From contig CAZVLA010000013.1 in assembly GCA_964627805.1 (NCBI GenBank), positions 2,046-66,045 of the forward strand: a stretch of 64,000 bases of DNA, read 5' to 3'. This document shows, piece by piece, positions 57,500 through 64,000 of this stretch (positions are counted from its first letter, which is position 1; each line of letters starts with the position of its first letter). This DNA comes from an uncultured Desulfurococcaceae archaeon. Lineage in GTDB: Archaea > Thermoproteota > Thermoprotei_A > Sulfolobales > NBVN01. A program made the translations under genes and the position numbers. The notes under the pieces are model-generated. The model saw only the letters and a program-made list of their open reading frames with translations, was not told the DNA's origin and made no database searches.

Positions 57500-58036
57500 G
57501 TGGGAGATCCTAAGAAACCACGTAAGAAGTGGGAAAGACCAGGTCACCCATGGATTAAGCAGAGACTTATTGAGGAGATGGAGTTAGTGGGTACTTACGG
57601 ACTAAGGAATAAGAGGGAATTATGGAAAGCACAGACACTACTTAGGAGGATTAGGGAGAGGGCTAGATCCCTACTCTCACTGCCACCCGATGTTAGAGCA
57701 GTAAAGGAGAGGGAACTAATTAAGAAACTTTATAGGATGGGTATACTTGAGAGTGAGAACGTAACCTTAGATGAGGTATTAGGACTTAATGTATCAGCAA
57801 TACTTGAGAGGAGATTACAGACCATAGTGTATAGGAAGGGACTAGCTAAGACAATACATCAGGCAAGGCAACTAATAGTTCATGGACACATAGCCATCGG
57901 TGGTAGGAGGGTACAGTCACCTGGATACTTAGTCAGTAGGGATGAAGAGGAACTAATAGACTACGCACCTACATCACCCTTTAGGGAGAAGAGGGAGTTA
58001 GTCCAAGGTCAGTCAGTCGGGAGTCAAACCCCATGA
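57500..58036 (+). CDS. rps4: ribosomal protein S4 (uS4)
   Basis: 178 aa with MGDPKKPRKKWE, YGLRNKRELWKA and the S4 domain RRLQTIVYRKGLAKTIHQARQLIVHGHI. Confidence 0.93.
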   Translation: MGDPKKPRKKWERPGHPWIKQRLIEEMELVGTYGLRNKRELWKAQTLLRRIRERARSLLSLPPDVRAVKERELIKKLYRMGILESENVTLDEVLGLNVSAILERRLQTIVYRKGLAKTIHQARQLIVHGHIAIGGRRVQSPGYLVSRDEEELIDYAPTSPFREKRELVQGQSVGSQTP

Positions 58037-58047
58037 GGTGATGCTGT

Positions 58048-58449
58048 ATGGCGTTCACATCACGTGAGATTAAGTGGGGTGTGGCACATATATTCTCCTC
58101 ATTTAATAACACTATAGTACACATAACCGACTTAAGCGGGGCTGAAACAGTCTCTAGATGGTCCGGAGGTATGGTGGTAAGAGCTGATAGAGAGAAGCCG
58201 TCGCCCTACGTGGCAATGATGATAGCTTACAGAGCAGCTCAGGAAGCTATGGAGAAGGGAATAATGGCTATACATATAAAGGTGAGGGGACCCGGAGGTC
58301 ATGGACCCAAAATACCTGGACCCGGGGCTCAAGCAGCCATTAGAGCATTAGCTAGGGCTGGATTCATTATAGGTAGGATAGAGGATGTAACGCCGATACC
58401 TCACGACACCACTAGGAGACCTGGAGGTAGGCGTGGTAGGAGAGTGTAA
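58048..58449 (+). CDS. rps11: ribosomal protein S11 (uS11)
   Basis: 133 aa with [18 protein letters not shown] and [22 protein letters not shown]. Confidence 0.93.
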   Translation: MAFTSREIKWGVAHIFSSFNNTIVHITDLSGAETVSRWSGGMVVRADREKPSPYVAMMIAYRAAQEAMEKGIMAIHIKVRGPGGHGPKIPGPGAQAAIRALARAGFIIGRIEDVTPIPHDTTRRPGGRRGRRV

Positions 58450-58460
58450 GGTGTTTCAAC

Positions 58461-59318
58461 ATGTCTAGTAGAAATAGTGCTGATGTTGAGATCATTGAAG
58501 CTAGCGAGAATAAACTGAAACTATTATTTAAGAACGTGCCCCTAGCTATCGTTAATGCCATTAGGAGAGCCGCGTACGAGGAAGTACCTACTATGGCTGT
58601 TGATTATGTAGTATTTAGAACTAATACAACCTCCCTCCACGATGAAATAATAGCTCATAGATTAGCAATGATACCCCTAAGGTCCGAGGAAGCGATTAGG
58701 AAGTACAGAAGTCCTGAAGAGTGCGTAGGCGGTGAGGAGGCTTTCTATAAAGAGGGGTGTTATGTAACACTTTACTTAGAAGCGGAGACGGGTGAGGATG
58801 AGAAGAAGGTTGTTTACTCTAGCGAGTTAAGACCTCTAGACGATCCTAACGTAGTTCCTGTATACAGTAACATACCAATAGTTGTCCTAGGACCTAATCA
58901 GAGAATATGCTTAGAAGCTAAGGCAAGACTCGGTAGGGGTAAGGAACATATTAAATGGTCACCAGTAACGGTGGCTGTATCGACGTACGTACCAGTAATC
59001 GAGATAGATAGTAGTAAATGCGTTGGTTGCGGTGAATGCATCGTAGTATGTCCTAAGGGAGCCTTAACGACAGGCGATGAGGGTAAGCCCATACCAAACC
59101 CTGATAAATGTAACCTATGTAGGCAGTGTGTTAAGGCATGTCAGTATGACGCTATAAATCTTAAATGGAGAGAAGATGAATACTACCTAATGATTGAGTC
59201 CTCAGGAGCCTTAAGACCTGAGACTATAATTTATGAGTCAGTCAAGGAGATAATTAAGAAAATAGATGAGTTAATGGATAATTTAAAATCCTTACCTAAG
59301 GATGTTAGGAGGGGGTAG
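58461..59318 (+). CDS. rpoD: DNA-directed RNA polymerase subunit D (Rpo3) with ferredoxin-like Fe-S domain
   Basis: 285 aa with LAIVNAIRRAAYEEVPTMAV and cysteine clusters CVGCGECIVVCP and CNLCRQCVKAC. Confidence 0.9.
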   Translation: MSSRNSADVEIIEASENKLKLLFKNVPLAIVNAIRRAAYEEVPTMAVDYVVFRTNTTSLHDEIIAHRLAMIPLRSEEAIRKYRSPEECVGGEEAFYKEGCYVTLYLEAETGEDEKKVVYSSELRPLDDPNVVPVYSNIPIVVLGPNQRICLEAKARLGRGKEHIKWSPVTVAVSTYVPVIEIDSSKCVGCGECIVVCPKGALTTGDEGKPIPNPDKCNLCRQCVKACQYDAINLKWREDEYYLMIESSGALRPETIIYESVKEIIKKIDELMDNLKSLPKDVRRG

Positions 59319-59321
59319 GGC

Positions 59322-59687
59322 ATGGTGCGGAGGACAGGACCTACTAACATAGTCATAAGGAAACTAGTAAGGGAGTTACGCAAGTATGCTAGAACATATA
59401 ACGCACCCATATGGTCCTATGTCGCCGATCTTATAGAAAGACCTACCAGGAGGAGAGTGGTTGTTAACGTTAGTAAGTTAAATAGATACTTAAGGAATGG
59501 AGAGGTTGCAGTAGTTCCTGGTAAGGTCTTGGGTGCTGGAAAATTAGAGAAGAAGGTTACGGTAGCCGCCATAAGCTTCTCTAAGTCAGCTCTTGAGAAA
59601 ATTAAGGCTAGCGGTGGTTCAGCTTTATTTATTAGTGACTTAATTAGGGAGAACCCAAGAGGTAGTAGGGTGAGGGTAATAATATGA
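59322..59687 (+). CDS. rpl18e: ribosomal protein L18e (eL18)
   Basis: 121 aa with [19 protein letters not shown] and [11 protein letters not shown]. Confidence 0.85.
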   Translation: MVRRTGPTNIVIRKLVRELRKYARTYNAPIWSYVADLIERPTRRRVVVNVSKLNRYLRNGEVAVVPGKVLGAGKLEKKVTVAAISFSKSALEKIKASGGSALFISDLIRENPRGSRVRVII

Positions 59688-60166
59688 CGTCTAAGTTAGG
59701 TAATGTTAAGGTGGATAGGACTGTTGTCATTGACGCAGAAGGAGCTATACTGGGTAGGTTAGCTAGTGTAGTCGCCAAGCTATTGCAGGAGGGATTCAGA
59801 GTGTATGTAGTTAATGCTGATAAAGCCGTAGTTAGCGGTGATAGATTAATGGTTATTAAGTCATATCATATCTGGTTAGAAATCAAGACATTAAGGAACC
59901 CTCAGAAATCATCACCAAAGAGACCAAGATCTCCAGAGGCGATAATTAAGCGTGCAGTTAAAGGTATGCTACCTAAGGATAATTGGAAAGGCATCGAAGC
60001 CTTAAAGAGATTAAAGGTCTTCGTAGGTATACCTAAGGAATTAAAGAATAAGGAATTCATTCGTATTCCCGAAGCAGATAAATCAAGGTTAAGAGGTGAT
60101 TACATAACCGTAGCTGAAATAGCTAAATCTATGGGGTGGAAGGGGTATGAGTGGGCAGGTAGGTAA
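59684..60166 (+). CDS. rpl13: ribosomal protein L13 (uL13)
   Basis: 160 aa with [18 protein letters not shown] and AVKGMLPK. Confidence 0.9.
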   Translation: MTSKLGNVKVDRTVVIDAEGAILGRLASVVAKLLQEGFRVYVVNADKAVVSGDRLMVIKSYHIWLEIKTLRNPQKSSPKRPRSPEAIIKRAVKGMLPKDNWKGIEALKRLKVFVGIPKELKNKEFIRIPEADKSRLRGDYITVAEIAKSMGWKGYEWAGR

Positions 60167-60563
60167 GATAGTCATCGCTACGGGTAAGAGAAAAACATCA
60201 ATAGCTAGAGCAGTTATTAAGCCAGGTAAGGGTAGAGTATGGATTAATGGAATACCATTAGAGATCTACCCAATAGAGATGGCTAGGCTAAAGATGATGG
60301 AGCCATTACTCCTTGCGGGTAAGGAGATATGGAATTCAGTCGATATTAAGGTTAATGTAAGGGGAGGTGGTGTAATGTCTCAAGCGGAGGCTGTTAGATC
60401 AGCAATAGCTAGGGGCTTAGTTGCGTATACAGGTAGTGAGTTACTTAAGAGGATATATAAGGAGTACAGTAGGCCTATGTTAGTGAATGATCCTAGGAGG
60501 ACAGAGCCTGAGAAGTGGATGAGGTATAGCGCTAGGAGATGGAGGCAAAAGTCCTATAGGTGA
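60147..60563 (+). CDS. rps9: ribosomal protein S9 (uS9)
   Basis: 138 aa with GKRKTSIARAVIKPGKG, VRGGGVMSQAEAVR and a C-terminal KSYR. Confidence 0.9.
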   Translation: MSGQVGKIVIATGKRKTSIARAVIKPGKGRVWINGIPLEIYPIEMARLKMMEPLLLAGKEIWNSVDIKVNVRGGGVMSQAEAVRSAIARGLVAYTGSELLKRIYKEYSRPMLVNDPRRTEPEKWMRYSARRWRQKSYR

Positions 60564-60569
60564 TGGGGC

Positions 60570-60773
60570 ATGGTACTCTTCCCAGTTAGGTGCTTCACAT
60601 GCGGTGCAGTAATAGGTGATAAGTGGGAGGAATTTATTAAGAGAGTAAAGGCTGGTGAAAGCCCTAAGAAGGTACTTGACGACCTAGGTATTAGGAGGTA
60701 CTGCTGTAGACGCATGTTCATATCACATGTTAACCTTATAGATGAGATAATATACTACTCTAGGAAGGTGTGA
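60570..60773 (+). CDS. rpoN: DNA-directed RNA polymerase subunit N (Rpo10)
   Basis: 67 aa with [12 protein letters not shown] and RRYCCRRM. Confidence 0.9.
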   Translation: MVLFPVRCFTCGAVIGDKWEEFIKRVKAGESPKKVLDDLGIRRYCCRRMFISHVNLIDEIIYYSRKV

Positions 60774-61411
60774 TTATGCAGGACACATCAAGAGGTAGGT
60801 CAGCTGCGGTTGAGTTGCTTGTTCCGTTAAACGTGTACCTAGAGGCGGGTGTCCACATAGGTACCTACATATGTACTAAACACATGAAGAGGTTCGTATA
60901 TAAGCAGAGGCCTGACGGACCTTACATACTTGATATACGTAAGGTCGATGAGAGAATAAGAATCGCTGCTAAGTTTCTCGCAAGGTATAAGCCAGAGACG
61001 ATATTAGCTGTATCAGCGCGTCAATACGGCTTCACCCCCGTTAGGAAGTTCTCTGAGTACGTAGGGTGTAAGTACATTATCGGTAGGTTCATACCGGGAA
61101 CCCTAACTAACCCGCACTTAGATATTTACGTAGAGCCCGACGTACTACTAGTTACCGATCCTAGAGTTGATCAGCAAGCAATTATTGAAGCATCGAGGGT
61201 AGGCATACCTGTCGTGGCTATTGCTAGTACCGACGCTAAGCTAAGCTACATAGATGTAGTAATTCCAGGCAACAATAAAGGTAGGAAGTCCTTAGCTACT
61301 ATATACTGGTTACTAACTAGGCAAGTACTTAGAGAACGTGGCGTAATAGCTCCTGACGGAGACTTACAGGAAGGTCCTGAAGCATTCGAAACTAAGATCG
61401 TTCATAGGTGA
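60770..61411 (+). CDS. rps2: ribosomal protein S2 (uS2)
   Basis: 213 aa with [33 protein letters not shown] and IPGNNKG. Confidence 0.9.
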   Translation: MIMQDTSRGRSAAVELLVPLNVYLEAGVHIGTYICTKHMKRFVYKQRPDGPYILDIRKVDERIRIAAKFLARYKPETILAVSARQYGFTPVRKFSEYVGCKYIIGRFIPGTLTNPHLDIYVEPDVLLVTDPRVDQQAIIEASRVGIPVVAIASTDAKLSYIDVVIPGNNKGRKSLATIYWLLTRQVLRERGVIAPDGDLQEGPEAFETKIVHR

Positions 61412-61436
61412 TTTTAAGTAAAGGGGAAATCAATCT

Positions 61437-62297
61437 GTGGCTAGCTTATCTGTAAGAGCACGTGGTTACCTACTAATTAATTACGTACCTGCACTATATA
61501 GGGACAATCCCCTCGTAGTAATCCCAACAACATCGCATACACACATAAGGATTAAATTAAGTGCCCTACCCAATGAAGGAGTAAGTGACGACGTTAATGT
61601 AAGTATTCAAGCACCCTTACCCAACGACTTAACGAAAGCGTGTTCGGACTTAATAAGGGAATTCGTAATTAAAGTATTTAATGAGGTTGGATTTAGGGGT
61701 AACGTAAGTATTAAGGTAAGTTCTAGTAAACCCCAACAACTTAAGCTAATCTACGTACTAACCACTAATTACTTAATTAATCTATTATGCGGTGAATTAA
61801 CTAAGGAATTGATAGATTCTATATGTTCACTCGATAAGCTACTGAAATTAGGTAATGATGTGTTAGCTTTAAGATACACTACACTCTGTAGAGGTAGGCC
61901 TATGATATGGAGATTAGGTGAGGGGTATTTATGCCACGAATCTAAGGTAGTCGTGGATATAGAGAAGATATTCTACGTTCCATGCCGTGATGGATGCGTT
62001 AATGAAGCAGTAATTAAAGAGTTCCCCAACTCAATAACTAATGCGTTAGTGCATTTAGTAGGAGCTGCGGGTATTGAGATCTTTCGAAAACTGAACTATT
62101 CAAGTGACTACCTAAAGTCGTTACTTAAGATTGTAGGTTCACTAAATTACTTAGTGCTTAATGATGAGGTGGCTCATGAATTAATTAAGTTATATAGTAG
62201 GGAGCTTTGCGATATTAGAAGTGATGAGAGGTACTGCATAATTACGCAAGACATAGGTAATGTAGCAGAGGTAATTAGTTTTAGGATAACCTACTAA
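61437..62297 (+). CDS. hypothetical protein; possibly a GHMP-kinase-like fold with degenerate ATP-binding motifs, in the position usually occupied by mevalonate kinase
   Basis: 286 aa with a GTG start. By-eye parallels to mevalonate kinase are ARGYLLINYVPALYRDNPLVV vs PGKxILFGEHAVVYGxPAI, and VSIKVSSSKPQQLKLIYVLT in place of IxSxIPxGxGLGSSAA. The glycine-rich motif III is absent. The call is tentative. Confidence 0.4.
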   Translation: MASLSVRARGYLLINYVPALYRDNPLVVIPTTSHTHIRIKLSALPNEGVSDDVNVSIQAPLPNDLTKACSDLIREFVIKVFNEVGFRGNVSIKVSSSKPQQLKLIYVLTTNYLINLLCGELTKELIDSICSLDKLLKLGNDVLALRYTTLCRGRPMIWRLGEGYLCHESKVVVDIEKIFYVPCRDGCVNEAVIKEFPNSITNALVHLVGAAGIEIFRKLNYSSDYLKSLLKIVGSLNYLVLNDEVAHELIKLYSRELCDIRSDERYCIITQDIGNVAEVISFRITY

Positions 62298-62332
62298 ACT
62301 GCCCTACTACTTAATAAATTAGGAATTAAGAG

Positions 62333-63142
62333 ATGCGTGAAGTAAAGATAGTGAAGATAGGTGGATCCGTGATTACGTATAAGGATAGGCCTTACACCGT
62401 AGATTACGATTCCTTAGCTAACGTAGCTAGGCAGTTAAGTAAGTACGTACGCGACATAGGCAAGCCATTAATAATAATTCATGGAGGAGGCAGCTTCGGT
62501 CATGCAGCAGTCAAGGAGTGTGGTAATAAAGATAGCTTAGACCCTCTCTGCGCTTCTAAGGTTATTAATGCAATGATGAGATTGGATAGTATATTCTGTG
62601 ATGAGTTAATTAAATTAGGCTTGGCAGTAACTCCATTACCACCACATGCAGTATTTTATGAGGTTAAGGACGTGAAGCACCCTAAAGGTATTTTAAAATA
62701 TGACTTAAGTTTAATTAAGTACTATATAGGCGTAGGCGTTAATCCCGTACTTTTTGGTGATGTAATCACTGTGCTTAGCATGGACTTAAGCCATAGTACA
62801 TTTAGGGTGCTTTCAGGAGATGAAATCGCATGGATATTAGCTAAGGAGTTAGGGATTAAAGAAATAATATTTGTAACAAGAGTTGGTGGATTATATACAT
62901 CAGACCCCCACACCTCAAGTAGCGCTTCTCTTATAAGAAGTATAAGTAAGTCGCAATTAAGTGAGGTAGTATTTGCTAAGCCCCAAGGATATGACGTAAC
63001 GGGCGGTATGGAGTTCAAGATAAGGATGGGCCTAGAGTTAGGTATTGAGGGGGTCAAGGTTAAGATAGTTGGTTATGAAGGTGATAACCTATATAACTCC
63101 TTGGTAGGTCTTGATTTTAGAGGAACTACAATATGGTATTAG
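62333..63142 (+). CDS. ipk: isopentenyl phosphate kinase
   Basis: 269 aa with the amino-acid-kinase fold motifs VKIGGSVIT, IIIHGGGSFGH and YDVTGGM. It lies immediately upstream of fni. Confidence 0.85.
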   Translation: MREVKIVKIGGSVITYKDRPYTVDYDSLANVARQLSKYVRDIGKPLIIIHGGGSFGHAAVKECGNKDSLDPLCASKVINAMMRLDSIFCDELIKLGLAVTPLPPHAVFYEVKDVKHPKGILKYDLSLIKYYIGVGVNPVLFGDVITVLSMDLSHSTFRVLSGDEIAWILAKELGIKEIIFVTRVGGLYTSDPHTSSSASLIRSISKSQLSEVVFAKPQGYDVTGGMEFKIRMGLELGIEGVKVKIVGYEGDNLYNSLVGLDFRGTTIWY

Positions 63143-64000
63143 ACAGGAATCAAGTTAGGAAGTTAGAACATATAGATATAGTCATTAATAGGTCGGTTGA
63201 GGGACCTCTAACTAACTTCTTAGAGTACGTATTCCTAATACATCAAGCACTACCTAACGTATCAGTTGATGATGTCGACCTATCTACAGAGTTCCTCGGT
63301 AAGTACTTGGAGGCACCAATAGTGATATCAGGTATGACGGGAGGTGCCCCCGGTACTGAGAAGATAAATGAAAGTATAGCTAAGGTTGCTGAGGAATTCA
63401 GGATAGCCGTTGGAGTAGGTAGTCAGAGGGCAGCCTTAGGTAATTCTAGCTTAATTAGTACTTACGCAGTAGTTAGAAGAGTATGTAGAGATGTTCCAGT
63501 GATAGCGAATATAGGTATCTCAGAAGTATCTGAATTACCAGTAAGTAAGCTTGAAGAGGTAGTTAATATGATTGAGGCGGATGCGTTAGCGGTGCATCTA
63601 AATCTACCTCAAGAACTTGTTCAACCCGAAGGTAAAGTTAGTTTAGTTAATGCATTCAGTAAAATTAACGAGCTTAAGAATAGACTGCGTGTCCCCCTGA
63701 TCATTAAGGAAGTCGGGTTCGGGCTATCCATGGAAGTCGTAGGTAAGCTCCGTAGGTTAGGTATTAAAATATTTGACATAGCAGGTGCTGGAGGCACTAA
63801 TTGGGTTATTGTAGAGAAATACAGAGCTATGAAGAGGGGTGATGTAATTAGGGAGTTAATGGCTGATAACATTAAGGAATGGGGTATACCGACGGCAGCG
63901 TCCATAATAGAAGCAAGATATGCGGCACCTGATGCAGTGATAATAGGTAGTGGAGGAATTAGAACAGCTCTTGAGGCAGCAAAGGCCATAAGATTGGGTG
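63133..64000 (+). CDS. fni: isopentenyl-diphosphate delta-isomerase type 2 (FMN-dependent), 3' end outside window
   Basis: This ORF is not in the supplied track because it has no stop inside the window. ATG 63133 overlaps the ipk stop. My own translation gives APIVISGMTGG, AVGVGSQRAAL, PLIIKEVGFG, AGAGGTNW and GSGGIRTALEAAKAIRLG. Confidence 0.85.
   Translation, partial: MVLDRNQVRKLEHIDIVINRSVEGPLTNFLEYVFLIHQALPNVSVDDVDLSTEFLGKYLEAPIVISGMTGGAPGTEKINESIAKVAEEFRIAVGVGSQRAALGNSSLISTYAVVRRVCRDVPVIANIGISEVSELPVSKLEEVVNMIEADALAVHLNLPQELVQPEGKVSLVNAFSKINELKNRLRVPLIIKEVGFGLSMEVVGKLRRLGIKIFDIAGAGGTNWVIVEKYRAMKRGDVIRELMADNIKEWGIPTAASIIEARYAAPDAVIIGSGGIRTALEAAKAIRLG

Noticed and set aside
63621-63989. 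A 122-aa minus-strand ORF at the window end, the only track ORF listed there.
   Set aside because: The + strand frame starting at ATG 63133 translates to an unmistakable type 2 IPP isomerase. The track omits it only because it has no stop inside the window.

Overview
The window is a dense, core chromosomal region of an archaeon, most likely a crenarchaeal (TACK) hyperthermophile. By eye the coding DNA is about 40% GC, the tRNA genes are very GC-rich, the RNA polymerase B subunit is unsplit, and one tRNA carries a non-canonical insertion, which is compatible with Thermoproteales-like lineages. The taxonomic call is inference only. Gene content runs in this order. First come hisS (5' truncated), deoxyhypusine synthase, topoisomerase VI B/A, deoC and three tandem CBS-only genes. 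These are followed by an NFACT/Rqc2 homologue, dcd-thyX, AMMECR1, a Mut7-C RNase-like gene, L35Ae, ATP-dependent DNA ligase, family-4 UDG, S25e and TrmI. Next are a hydantoinase-like/DUF917 pair, tRNA-Arg, PolB1-type DNA polymerase, a CDP-alcohol phosphatidyltransferase, a large PAPS-reductase-like Fe-S protein and a GT4 glycosyltransferase. A three-gene membrane cluster follows, then ribK, nfi, a proteasome beta subunit, a NOG1-like GTPase, a MfnA-like decarboxylase, leuS and tRNA-Lys. The window ends with the conserved rpoH-rpoB-rpoA'-rpoA''-L30e-nusA-S12/S7-EF1alpha-S10 block, tRNA-Ser, S13-S4-S11-rpoD-L18e-L13-S9-rpoN-S2, and isoprenoid genes (a GHMP-like gene, ipk, and fni truncated at the 3' edge). 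I also call seven candidate C/D box sRNAs in intergenic spacers, all on the + strand. I saw no CRISPR array, transposase, integrase or other obvious mobile element. The items most worth a second look are: (1) a small-large-small membrane gene cluster at 31.9-33.8 kb whose architecture resembles archaeal Ced/Ted (VirB2/VirB6-like) DNA-transfer modules; (2) PolB1 and LeuRS, whose conserved N-terminal coding sequence lies upstream of the first canonical start codon, each with an in-frame ATT behind an SD-like motif; (3) a protein with degenerate GHMP-kinase motifs in the slot normally held by mevalonate kinase; (4) tRNA-Lys(UUU) with a 20-nt insertion in the variable-loop region. All homology statements come from reading motifs by eye. 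No database search was possible.
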